Shown: piece after piece, positions 22,865 to 32,512 of the stretch
Layout: every line of letters begins with the position of its first letter
Position numbering within the stretch: the stretch's first letter is position 1
From: Minisyncoccota bacterium
GTDB taxonomy: Bacteria > Patescibacteriota > Minisyncoccia > UBA6257 > 2-01-FULL-56-20
Direction of reading: 5' to 3'
Length of the DNA stretch: 64,000 nt
Assembly (NCBI GenBank): GCA_041664245.1
Contig: JBAYLC010000001.1
Span: forward strand, 22,654-86,653
Notes under the pieces: generated by a model
Told to the model about the DNA's origin: nothing
Databases searched by the model: none
What the model saw: the letters and a program-made list of their open reading frames with translations, nothing else
Position numbers and translations under genes: made by a program

Positions 22865-22934
22865 TTCTGTAATTGTATAACTTTAAACTCTTGAGAAGAA
22901 GATGAAATTAAACTAAAGTAAAAGCATCAGATTC

Positions 22935-24401
22935 ATGAAATTAGTAGTTCCTGAAGAGGTAAAATTAATCGCTCAAGCCCTCAAAAAGGCCAAATTCCAG
23001 GCCTATCTTGTTGGCGGTTGTGTTAGGGATCTTCTCCTCGATCGTGTACCTAAGGATTGGGATGTCGCCACCAACGCCAAGCCCGACGAAGTTCAAAAAT
23101 TATTCCCCAATAGTGTCTATGAAAATGACTTTGGCACTGTTGGTATAAAAACCGATTCAGAAAATCCAAAACTCAAAATTTTGGAAGTCACCACTTTTCG
23201 GCTTGAGGGAAAATACACCGATAAACGTCATCCCGACGAAATTAAATTTGCAAAAACCATTGAAGAGGATTTATCTCGCCGCGATTTCACCGTGAATGCG
23301 CTTGCCCTAGATGTAGTTAAAGGAATAGCGGGAGAAATCATTGATCCCTACGGTGGCCAGAAAGATATTAAAGAAAAAATAATTCGCACCGTCGGCAATG
23401 CCGAGGAGCGTTTTGATGAAGATGCGCTCCGTTTAATGCGGGCTGTTCGTTTTGCCGGGGAATTAAATTTTGAGATTGAATTAAACACCCGACGCGCTAT
23501 TGAAAAGTTAGCAGGGCTCTTAGAGGTGATCGCCAAAGAGAGAATCCGCGACGAATTTGTAAAAATAATAATGTCCGATAACGCCACTCGCGGCCTGCTT
23601 CTGCTCGAAGAATTGAATCTTCTTCGTAATGTAGTCCCCGAACTTCGCGAGGGGATTGGCGTTGGCCAAAATAAGCACCATATCAACACCGTCTTTGAAC
23701 ATAACATTCGTGCTCTCGATTACACGGTCAAGAAAAACTATTCCCTTCGGGTTCGTCTCGCTTCGCTTTTTCACGATGTTGGCAAAGTCCGGGCTAAACA
23801 AGGCGATGGGCCGGACTCTACTTTCTATAACCACGAAATGATCGGCGCCAAGATGACTTTAAAAATTATGGATTGCCTCCGTTTCCCCAAAGACATAACC
23901 GAAGAAGTAACTCATCTAGTTCGTAATCATCTTTTCTATTATAACGTCGACGAAGTTACCGCCGCTGGCGTCAGACGCCTGCTTCGCCGCGTTGGTCCCG
24001 AAAATGTTGATGATCTAATGAAAGTTCGCGAAGCTGACCGGATCGGTTCTGGCGTTCCCAAAGCCGTGCCTTACAAACTCCGTCACCTTCTCTTCATGAT
24101 TGAAAAGGTCAAAAACGATCCGCTCTCGCCCAAGATGCTTAAAGTGAATGGCGAAGATGTAATGAAAATTTTAGAAATTCCGCCGAGTCCTAAAGTCGGC
24201 CAGATTTTAAATATTCTTCTTGAAGAAGTCCTCGACGATCCAGAATTAAATACTAAGAAATATCTAGAATCAGAAATAAAAAAACTAGGAAAACTGCCCG
24301 ATAAAAAATTAGCCGAGATGATGAAAGAGGCTAAAAAGAAAGCTGAGTCCGTTGAAAAGGGGATGGAGGAAGAAATTAAAAAGAAATACTACGTAAAATA
24401 A
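22935..24401 (+). CDS. cca: tRNA nucleotidyltransferase (CCA-adding type) with HD domain
   Basis: VGGCVRD, DWDVAT, RRDFTVNA, EDALRLMRAVRF, FHDVGK. Confidence 0.9.
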   Translation: MKLVVPEEVKLIAQALKKAKFQAYLVGGCVRDLLLDRVPKDWDVATNAKPDEVQKLFPNSVYENDFGTVGIKTDSENPKLKILEVTTFRLEGKYTDKRHPDEIKFAKTIEEDLSRRDFTVNALALDVVKGIAGEIIDPYGGQKDIKEKIIRTVGNAEERFDEDALRLMRAVRFAGELNFEIELNTRRAIEKLAGLLEVIAKERIRDEFVKIIMSDNATRGLLLLEELNLLRNVVPELREGIGVGQNKHHINTVFEHNIRALDYTVKKNYSLRVRLASLFHDVGKVRAKQGDGPDSTFYNHEMIGAKMTLKIMDCLRFPKDITEEVTHLVRNHLFYYNVDEVTAAGVRRLLRRVGPENVDDLMKVREADRIGSGVPKAVPYKLRHLLFMIEKVKNDPLSPKMLKVNGEDVMKILEIPPSPKVGQILNILLEEVLDDPELNTKKYLESEIKKLGKLPDKKLAEMMKEAKKKAESVEKGMEEEIKKKYYVK

Positions 24402-24406
24402 ATTTT

Positions 24407-24643
24407 ATGATTTTAATAAAAATTATTGGCATTCTGGGAGTTCTACTTATTTCTACCGGCATCATCACTAATCGGAAAAGCGAAAATCTTTTTTATATCG
24501 GGGGCGGGCTCTTTCTTCTTGTCTATAGTCTTTATATCAAAGATTTAATTTTTATTATCCTCCAAATAATATTCATCATTTCCGCTATCTATGCTCTGGT
24601 TAAAAAAATAAAACCGCTTCATAATATTCACAAAAATGGCTAA
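24407..24643 (+). CDS. Small membrane protein (3 TM)
   Basis: Hydrophobic 78-aa ORF in the operon. Confidence 0.7.
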   Translation: MILIKIIGILGVLLISTGIITNRKSENLFYIGGGLFLLVYSLYIKDLIFIILQIIFIISAIYALVKKIKPLHNIHKNG

Positions 24644-25028
24644 CTTTGTTGAAGAAAAAGCCTGGCGTATTATCACTAATCTCTGGACAATCGTCCTTCT
24701 GGTTTTTATCGTCATAAATTTTTTTACCGCCGACAAATACAATTCCCTTATTGGTCCTCTCTCTGCTCTTTACATCGGCATGCTCGCCATCTATGCCGGC
24801 ACCAAAGAATTTGACCGCTGGCATAAAATTCACACCGGTCGCCATCCCGGCGAGATTTTCGTTTATGCTTGGTCAATTATCGTTCTCGGGCTTTTCATCG
24901 CTTCGCTGTTCTTAAATAACACCTATAAAGTTCCCTCTGAAATTATCGCCGCCTATATTGCCGTTCTTTCAATTTTCGCCTTAACTCAAAAGTCAAAAAA
25001 ATATTACCTTAAGAAAGCCAAAAAATAA
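24636..25028 (+). CDS. Membrane protein (4 TM, internal duplication)
   Basis: ALYIGMLAIYAGTK and AAYIAVLSIFALTQ repeats. Confidence 0.75.
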   Translation: MANFVEEKAWRIITNLWTIVLLVFIVINFFTADKYNSLIGPLSALYIGMLAIYAGTKEFDRWHKIHTGRHPGEIFVYAWSIIVLGLFIASLFLNNTYKVPSEIIAAYIAVLSIFALTQKSKKYYLKKAKK

Positions 25029-25038
25029 CATTCACATT

Positions 25039-25470
25039 ATGAAAATAAAAATAAAACGTTTTAAAAAAGATTTACCGTTACCAGAATACAAAACTCCCGG
25101 CGCTGCCGCTTTTGATATCACCGCTCGCGAAAACGTGGAAATTCCCGCCGGCGAAGTTGGTTATGTTCCGCTAAATATTGTCATCGAAACCCCACCAGGA
25201 CATTTTTTTCTTTTAGCCGCTCGCAGCTCCACTCATAAAAAAGGAATTATTATGGCCAACGGCATTGGCATCGGTGATCCTGATTTCTCCGGCGACGGTG
25301 ATGAATATAAAGCTGCTTATTTAAATTTCACCAAAAATCCCGTCGTAATCGAGAAGGGAGAGCGCATCGCCCAAGGCATGTTTGTTAAAGTTGAACGCGC
25401 CGAATGGGAAGAAGTGGATAGTATGAAAAACGAAACCCGCGGTGGTTTCGGTTCTACTGGAGCCAAATAA
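25039..25470 (+). CDS. dut: dUTP diphosphatase
   Basis: AAAFD, ARSS, GIGDPDFSG, GERIAQ, RGGFGSTG. Confidence 0.95.
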   Translation: MKIKIKRFKKDLPLPEYKTPGAAAFDITARENVEIPAGEVGYVPLNIVIETPPGHFFLLAARSSTHKKGIIMANGIGIGDPDFSGDGDEYKAAYLNFTKNPVVIEKGERIAQGMFVKVERAEWEEVDSMKNETRGGFGSTGAK

Positions 25471-25477
25471 TCTAGTG

Positions 25478-25548
25478 TCGGGCTGCCGGGAATCGAACCC
25501 GGTCTTTACGCACCCGAAGCGCACGTACTACCGGTATACTACAGCCCG
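25478..25548 (-). tRNA. tRNA-Pro(CGG)
   Basis: Minus strand CGGGCTG...TGCGC-TTCGGGT-GCGTA...CAGCCCGA. Confidence 0.95.
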
Positions 25549-25602
25549 AATTATCCTTGAAATTCTAAACTATTTTAAGAAAATTGCGAATATCTAAATT
25601 AA

Positions 25603-26121
25603 ATGAATCGAATTATTATAGTCCACGGTGAAAAATCAAAACCGAGTGGCGAAATCCATCCCGCTTTCATCGAAAGATTGAATAAAGCAATTGAAATATC
25701 AAAACAAGTCAGTCCGGATTTTATCGTTATTGCCAGCGGGCAAACCAGAAAAATTTCCCCGCCCGAAGCTCAAACCGGATATGATTATTTAAAAGATAAA
25801 ATAAAAACCCCGATTCTAATCGAGAAAGAATCTCGAACAACTATCGAAAATATAAAATTCACAAAAAAATTATTGACTGATGGTAAAATTGAAATTAATA
25901 AGTTATACGTTGTCACTAGCCGAAAAAGAATTTTTCGAATTAAATTTTTATACCGCCGGCTCTGGCCAGAAATTTATGAAGAAATTGAATTTATCCCCAC
26001 TAAAGATTTTTATCCGATTTTATTTTACCCCTACAAAGCACTTTATTTATTATTAAATTTACTTGATATAAAAGAAAGATTTTTACTTCCTCTCGGAAAA
26101 AAGTTTTTTCGAAACGGTTGA
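25603..26121 (+). CDS. YdcF/DUF218 family protein
   Basis: ERLNKA, IASGQT, EKESRTTIENIKF, VVTS. Confidence 0.8.
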   Translation: MNRIIIVHGEKSKPSGEIHPAFIERLNKAIEISKQVSPDFIVIASGQTRKISPPEAQTGYDYLKDKIKTPILIEKESRTTIENIKFTKKLLTDGKIEINKLYVVTSRKRIFRIKFLYRRLWPEIYEEIEFIPTKDFYPILFYPYKALYLLLNLLDIKERFLLPLGKKFFRNG

Positions 26122-26161
26122 TATTAAAAAACTGCGCTTCTTGTATAATGTCATTATACCC

Positions 26162-26536
26162 ATGAAAGTTATTAATTTTTTTGATAAATTTGAGGATCGC
26201 ATAAGAGAGGGATTAAGTCACAAGCCTATTACCTATGCCATCATTGGTGGAATCGGCATCGTTCTTTTCTGGCGGGGAGTTTGGCATTTAGCCGATGACT
26301 ACAGTCTCTCAAGCTGGGCTTCGCTCATTATTAGCGTTATTATCCTTCTTGCCACCGGTCTTTTCGTCTCTTTCTTTATTGGCGAGCAGGTGATAATATC
26401 TGGCTTGCGCCACGAAGGAAAACTGACCGAAAAAACCGAGGGAGAAATCGAAACCGAAGAAGACACCCTTAAAAAGATAAACTTGAAGCTCAACAAAATT
26501 TCCAAGGACATTGAGGAGCTTAAAAAGAAAAAATAA
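26162..26536 (+). CDS. Conserved membrane protein with a C-terminal coiled coil
   Basis: GIVLFWRGVW, two TMs. Confidence 0.75.
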   Translation: MKVINFFDKFEDRIREGLSHKPITYAIIGGIGIVLFWRGVWHLADDYSLSSWASLIISVIILLATGLFVSFFIGEQVIISGLRHEGKLTEKTEGEIETEEDTLKKINLKLNKISKDIEELKKKK

Positions 26537-26539
26537 AAA

Positions 26540-26610
26540 GGGCCTGTAGTAAAGTGGTATTACGCCACATTCGCATTGTGGAGGCCGGGGTTCGATTCCC
26601 CGCAGGTCCA
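26540..26610 (+). tRNA. tRNA-Ala(CGC)
   Basis: GGGCCTG/CAGGTCC with G3:U70, anticodon arm CCACA-TTCGCAT-TGTGG. Confidence 0.96.
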
Positions 26611-26659
26611 CACTTAGAAAATCTTTCCCGACAAAAACGGGTATTCTCCAATGAGTGAG

Positions 26660-26782
26660 TTTTTTGGCTTTAGAGAGCTCTCGGAAACCCATCTAGTTTG
26701 GTACCCTAAAGGGTTGGATGGGTTGAGAGGCAGTGGGCGCTCACCGCTGGAGTGAGCGAACCGCGGCCTCTAAAGCCGAAAA
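26660..26782. other. Structured non-coding element downstream of tRNA-Ala
   Basis: Closing stem GGCTTTAGAG/CTCTAAAGCC enclosing two hairpins. Confidence 0.55.
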
Positions 26783-26928
26783 GCGAGTGAATAGTTTTCC
26801 ACACCCGTTTTCCCCTCAATTTTGCTAGAATTAAGCCAGGAAAACGCTGTTTTGGCGTTTTCGAAAAAGGTCGATCATCTGGCAATTTTCTAAAAAGCCA
26901 GGTGGATAATCAATTTTTTAATTAAAAA

Positions 26929-27615
26929 ATGGATATTCCGACATGGTCTGAAGTAATCTTGTCTTCCTTGCAAAACCTTTGGTACGGTTTTGCCTCGTTC
27001 ATCCCTACGCTAATTGGAGCAATCATAACCTTAATTATTGGTTTCATTTTCTCTAGTTTTTTTGGCACCTTGATTGAAAAAATCTTTGATGCCATTAAGC
27101 TTGACAGTTTATTAATGAAACTGGAATTAGCTCCATATTTTGAGCGCGCTGGATTGAAATTGCGGGGAGCTCGTTTCCTAGGACGATTAACTTATTGGTT
27201 CATCTTAATCGGCTTTTTACTTGCTGCCTCTGATCAACTTCAACTCTCGGCCTTTTCTGGATTCTTGGGCGAGGTCTTGCGCTACATCCCGAACGTTTTA
27301 ATTGCCGCCTTAATTATGCTCGCCACTTTTGTGGCCGCTCATTTCGTGCGGGGAATTGTTCGCGCGTCAGTAAAAAGCGCTCGGTTGCATGGTGCCAATT
27401 TCTTGGGTTCGCTAACTTGGTGGGCCATCATTATCTTCGGTATCTTAACCACCCTTATTCAGTTGAACATTGCTGAGAGCGTTCTTCAAAGTGTTATCAC
27501 TGGTTTCATCGCGATGCTCGCTTTGGCCGGTGGTTTGGCTTTTGGTTTGGGTGGAAAAGAATATGCCGCGCACTTGGTTAACAAGCTTCGCGATCACACC
27601 GAAACTCGAGCCTAA
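26929..27615 (+). CDS. TM-helix-repeat membrane protein (CmpX/MscS N-terminal-like)
   Basis: FIPTLIGA and YIPNVLIA repeats, GLAFGLGGKE. Confidence 0.85.
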   Translation: MDIPTWSEVILSSLQNLWYGFASFIPTLIGAIITLIIGFIFSSFFGTLIEKIFDAIKLDSLLMKLELAPYFERAGLKLRGARFLGRLTYWFILIGFLLAASDQLQLSAFSGFLGEVLRYIPNVLIAALIMLATFVAAHFVRGIVRASVKSARLHGANFLGSLTWWAIIIFGILTTLIQLNIAESVLQSVITGFIAMLALAGGLAFGLGGKEYAAHLVNKLRDHTETRA

Positions 27616-27627
27616 ATATTTAAAACC

Positions 27628-27774
27628 AAAAACCGCTTTTGATAATATCCCCGCACTTTTCGAGGATTAAAAATTTTTTCTGCCGTGAGGCTTCTCTTTA
27701 AAAAGGGGAGTGGCAGGAAATGAATTTTTAAAAAAATCCTCGAAAAGTGCGGGGTAAAACCAGAGCGGTTTTTT
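27628..27774. repeat. Long nested inverted repeat / terminator
   Basis: Perfect 20-bp IR 27649-27668/27735-27754 inside AAAAACCGCT/AGCGGTTTTT. Confidence 0.8.
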
Positions 27775-27907
27775 GTTCTCTTTCGCCAAATCTTTCAAAA
27801 CTTATCCTGAAGATGGAGGCGAGAAGAACCCCTCCCTTAGAGGATTACAATAAATATAAATTGAGTTAGAATTTAATAAGTAACTCTATTTTCCGATGGA
27901 GGGAAAG

Positions 27908-28069
27908 ATGGAAAGAATTCTAATTAATCTTAGGGCTCGGAAAGTAAAACCCGAAGGAATTCCCGCAATTGTTGCGAGGGTTTTAAGGGCTCAAGAAGCC
28001 ATAAGATTTCAAACCTCTCGTCGTCGAAGAGTAAGTCTAAGGTGCTTGTCTACTCGGATGACATTTTGA
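27908..28069 (+). CDS. Small basic orphan protein (53 aa), below the ORF-track cutoff
   Basis: GGAGG upstream of ATG, ORF MERILINLRARKVKPEG...STRMTF, downstream hairpin. Confidence 0.5.
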   Translation: MERILINLRARKVKPEGIPAIVARVLRAQEAIRFQTSRRRRVSLRCLSTRMTF

Positions 28070-28086
28070 GAGGCAAATTATCGCAA

Positions 28087-28115
28087 CGCCCCCGAAACGT
28101 CGGGGGCTCCTTTCT
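28087..28115 (+). terminator. Probable intrinsic terminator
   Basis: GCCCCCGA/TCGGGGGC stem followed by a pyrimidine tract. Confidence 0.6.
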
Positions 28116-28144
28116 ATTCTATCCCCAGAATATCCTTATACCTC

Positions 28145-28172
28145 TTGACACCCGTTAGGTAGCAACTATAAT
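28145..28172 (+). promoter_or_regulatory. Consensus sigma70 promoter, probably driving the 23S-5S unit
   Basis: TTGACA-N16-TATAAT. Confidence 0.85.
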
Positions 28173-28637
28173 AGATAGCACATGTTAACAAGCAGAAAAT
28201 TCCTCTGGCAAAGTGGCTAACCACCTTTTTTAGGGTGTTCGTCTAGCCGCTCTGAGAAGCGGTTTTTTATTCCTTGAATCGCCGTGAAGAGAGAAGCTTG
28301 AAAATCTCTACTCAATACCCGAGTGGAGTAAATATTAGAAGCTCTGCGCCACAGTGTTTTTTGTTGGTCTTCCAACAATATCCAATTTCTAAATGGCGAG
28401 CAGAGCAAAAAATTCCACTGAATTTTTTTCAGTGGGAGGTAAGTCAGTATTGGGATGGTTAGCGTTTAAGGGCGAATGGTGGATGCCTAGACATTAAAGG
28501 GCGATGAAGGACGCAGCGTAGCGGCGATACGCCTCGGGGAGGTGCGTAGCAACCTATGATCCGGGGATTTCCGAATGGGGAAACCTAATTGAGTAAACCT
28601 CAATTTTCCGCTCAAATTTTTGGACTTATTAATTAAT

Positions 28638-28667
28638 AAAAAACTCTCCCAACCGAAGCGGGGAGAG
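28638..28667 (-). terminator. Minus-strand intrinsic terminator in the IVS
   Basis: CUCUCCC-CGC-UUCG-GUU-GGGAGAG-UUUUUU. Confidence 0.8.
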
Positions 28668-28892
28668 CCTAGCTACATTTAGCACTGGCCAAGTAACTGA
28701 TACAATTGTGCCATTTTCTGACCCATATTGTGTAGGTTATAAAGCTAAATGTGAACTGTTATTTTAGCGAGCGCGATTAAGACTTAGATCGTTTTGTCGA
28801 TGGGGTAAAAAACTTTCCAAGCAAGTGCAGATAGAGGGTGCATCTGACACTCTTTTCGAAATCGCGCCCGGTGAAAATCAAATCAAACAGCG
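28638..28892 (-). ncRNA. Putative antisense structured RNA inside the 23S IVS
   Basis: Bounded by a minus-strand consensus promoter and terminator; several internal helices; no long ORF seen. Confidence 0.6.
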
Positions 28893-28898
28893 GCCTAG

Positions 28899-28928
28899 AT
28901 TATATGCCTTAAAATCTAGTTTTGTCAA
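28899..28928 (-). promoter_or_regulatory. Minus-strand consensus sigma70 promoter in the IVS
   Basis: TTGACA (28928-28923), N18, TATAAT (28904-28899). Confidence 0.8.
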
Positions 28929-29017
28929 GTGTGTAAATAAAGTCTAAAAATTTGAGCGGAAGCGAACCCGCTGAAGTAAAACATTTCATTAAGCGGAGGA
29001 ACAAAAAACAAACGTTT

Positions 29018-29048
<31 letters not shown>

Positions 29049-29383
29049 GAGCCTAAACCAGCGTGTCTCACTGCGTTCGACACAAAGTGGCGAGCGAAGC
29101 GAGGCACGGTGGGGTTATAAGATAGAAACGCTTTCTTGCATCTCGCATAGGGCGAGTTGTTAATCTTTGATTAACAATTTACTCTTTGCGATTTGCGAGA
29201 CGTGAAGAAGTTAAAAAGTTGTTGATTAGCCAAAGCGTTCTGGAAAGACGCGTCAAAGAGGGTGATAGCCCCGTAGGCGAAAATTAGCAACCTTCTTAGT
29301 TTTTATTCTTGAGTACTTCGAGGTCAAATAGCTTCGAAGGAAGTTGCCTGTACTATCAGGTAAGGCTAAATACCTTTAATGAT

Positions 29384-29422
<39 letters not shown>

Positions 29423-31534
29423 GGCCGGTGAGGCCGTTGAAATAGAACCTGAAACCATTCGTTTACAAGGAACTGAAGTTCGAACGTTTTAGCAATAAAA
29501 CGCGGACAACAGTGTGCCTATTGAAGAATGATCCAACGACTTATTTTGTATTGCTCGTGTAAGTACCTTTTGGTATGGACGCACAGGGAAACCGAGTCTT
29601 AATAGGGCGACCAAAAGCAGTACAAGATAGACCCGAAGCCAGATGAGCTTGCCTTGGCCAGGATGAAGGCCGATGAAAATCGGCTGGAGGTCCGCACCGG
29701 TGGGTTGTTCAACACCTTCGGATGAGCTGAGGTAAGGAGTGAAAAGCTAATCGAATCTGGTAATAGCTGGTTCTCTCCGAAATAGTTTTTCGACTAGCGC
29801 CATATATAACGGGCGGGGGTAGAGCACTGGATGATTAGTAAAGGGCGAAAGCTCGACTAATTAACCAAACTCCGAATACCGCTCGGGTGAGTATGGTAGT
29901 TAGACTGCGGGGGCTAAGCTCCGTGGTCGCGAGGGAAAAAGCCCAGATCGCAATCTAAGGTCCCCAAATTCTTACTAAGTGTTAAAGGTAGTCTTCTGCC
30001 GTAGACAGATAGGAGGTTGGCTTAGAGGTAGCCATCCTTTAAAGAGTGTGTAACAACTCACTATTCGATGGCCGGGGGCGCCGAAAATGTACCGGGGCTA
30101 AGTAAGATACCGAAGATGCGGATTCGCTGACTTCATAGAGGAGAAAATAAAAACGAGCAATTTTGTTCGTCTCTTCCATGAAGTCAGCGAGTGGTAGGAG
30201 AGCATTCTAATTCCAGCGAAGGTCGACCCGTGAGGGCGACTGGAGGTATTAGAAGAGAGAATGTTGGAATGAGTAACCACAATCCCAATGAGAAATTGGA
30301 ACCCCGAAAATCCAAGGTTTCCGTGGCACTGGCAATCAACCACGGGTTAGGCGGTCCTAAGGCGATGGCGAAAGCCGCAGTCGATGGATAGCTGGTTAAT
30401 ATTCCAGCCCTTCCGCGTAATTATCTTTTGCGGGACGAAGGAAATAAAAAGGAGTGCCTTATTGGTTTGGCATCGTTTACGCTAAGTTCAAGCGAGCGTC
30501 GACGGAACGTTTGGTTTTACCAGGCGAACTCTTCTGAAGAGCCTTCCGAGAAAAGCGCGACTGTTATGTTGCGTGGAATCCGTACCGGAAACCGACACAG
30601 GTGGATAGGGCGAGTAGCCCAAGGGGAACGAGTGATTTGCCGTTAAGGAACTCAGCAAACAAGCGGCCGTAAGTTAGCAATAAGGCCTGCCCACAGCAAT
30701 GTGGGCCGCAGTGAAAGTCTCTCTGGCGACTGTTTACCAAAAACACAGCTCCCTGCGAACTCGTAAGAGGATGTATAGGGGGTGACGCCTGACCGATGCG
30801 AGAAGGTTAACGGTGGGGGTGTTCTGTAGCAATACGGAATGCTCACTGCCCGAAGCCCTCGTCAATGTCAGCGGTAACTATAACCGTTCTAAGGTAGCGC
30901 AATTCCTTTTCGGGTAAGTTCCGAAGCGCACGAAAGGCGTAACGATCAGAGAACTGTCTCAACGGCAAGCTCGGTGAAAATGCGATTCCCGTGAAGACGC
31001 GGGATACCTGCAGCGGGACGAAAAGACCCCGGAAGCTTTACTGCAGTTTGGTATTGTTTTTAGAGTTTTAGTGCGTAGTGTAGTGGGTAGGATTTGAAGT
31101 TCGCCTTTCGGGGCGGATGGATCCAACAATGAAACACCCATCTCTACAACTTTAAAATCTAACCCCATCGGCAAAAACGATGAGGGACAGTGCCTGATGG
31201 GCAGTTTGAATGGGGCGTTCTCCTCCTAAAGAGTAACGGAGGAGTTTATTAAGGTCAGCTTGGCCCGGATGGAAACCGGGCTGGACGTGTAAAGGCAAAA
31301 GCTGGCTTAACTGCAAGACTTACAAGTCGAGCAGATGCGAAAGCAGAACTTAGTGACCCGACGATTCTTAATAGAAAGGTCGGAGACATCGGATAAAAGC
31401 TACTCCGGGGATAACAGGCTAGTATCGTTCGAGCGTCCCTAGCGACGACGATGCTCGGCACCTCGATGTCGGCTCGCCACAGCGCGGGGGTGAAGAAGCT
31501 CCCAAGCGTTTGGCTGTTCGCCAATTAAAGTGGC

Positions 31535-31579
<45 letters not shown>

Positions 31580-31938
31580 TGCTGTAGGCGTTTAATACTT
31601 GAGGGGAGTTGACCCTAGTACGAGAGGACCGGGTTGAACAGACCTCTGGTGTACCGGCTTTGCTACCAAGTGAAATGCCGGGTAGCTATGTTTGGAATGG
31701 ATAAGCACTGAAAGCATCTAAGTGCGAAGCCAACCCCAAGATTAGGTATAGGTTTCCTGGTAGACTACCAGGTCGATAGGCTCTAGGTGTAAGCGCTGTA
31801 AAGTGTTAAGCCAAGGAGTACTAATCAACCGTTGCTAACCATCCCAATACTGACTTACAAATTTTTACCTGCCGCAAAACGAGTGATAAAATTATTTACT
31901 TCGCCGTGGCAGAGCCACAACAGATTTTCTTTAGTGGT

Positions 31939-32053
31939 TTCCTGGTGATCTAATTCCGTGTGACCCACCTCTTCCCATTCCGAACAGAGAAGTGAAATCG
32001 CGGAATCCCGATGATACTTGGTTAAGGCCTGGGAAAGTAGGGTTTGCCGGGAT
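31939..32053 (+). rRNA. rrf: 5S rRNA
   Basis: CCTGGTG...CCCATTCCGAAC...GAAGTGAAA...GATGATACT...GGGAAAGTAGG...TGCCGGG. Confidence 0.95.
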
Positions 32054-32184
32054 ACCACTGTAGAAAATTATCACTAAATTGATTCTAAAATGCGTTATCT
32101 AAAATAACGTTTTTTTAGTTTTCCCGTACTATCTTGTATAATTAAAACTCAACGAAAGGTCGAAATTACGGTCAAAATAAAACC

Positions 32185-32511
32185 ATGAATAAATCAGTTC
32201 TCTGGATTATAATCGTCGTGATTCTACTGGTTGTTTTAGGAGTGATTTTCCTAGGTGGAAGTAATAAGGAAGGGGATAATGTAGCTCCAACCAGCACCAC
32301 GCCAGGCGACAACCAAAACTCATCAACTTCTTCTCCGCAAAGCAGTTTGGAAAATCTCCCGCCCGCCACCGGCAACGTGAGTGATATCGCCGCCGCTATT
32401 ATTAGCGAAGCTTCTGGTATCAGCTCCTTGCCCGATCAGACTGATCCATCTCTGACTCAAATTGGCAACGAGGTTGATAATTTTGACCAATCTTCCGATG
32501 TTCAATTCTAA
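32185..32511 (+). CDS. Small membrane-anchored protein with Ser/Thr-rich linker
   Basis: N-terminal TM and low-complexity linker. Confidence 0.75.
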   Translation: MNKSVLWIIIVVILLVVLGVIFLGGSNKEGDNVAPTSTTPGDNQNSSTSSPQSSLENLPPATGNVSDIAAAIISEASGISSLPDQTDPSLTQIGNEVDNFDQSSDVQF

Positions 32512-32512
32512 A

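Larger units (their letters stand above)
28606..28961 (+). other. Intervening sequence in the 23S helix 9/10 region
   Basis: 22-bp closing stem 28606-28627/28940-28961; conserved rRNA resumes after it. Confidence 0.9.

Noticed and set aside
28638-28892. SRP RNA, RNase P RNA or tmRNA identity for the antisense RNA
   Set aside because: No SRP domain IV motif, no GAGGAAAGUCC, and no tRNA-Ala-like ends
28606-28961. Group I/II intron or homing endonuclease in the IVS
   Set aside because: No recognisable catalytic core motifs and no ORF of 60 aa or more; the long terminal stem fits an IVS better
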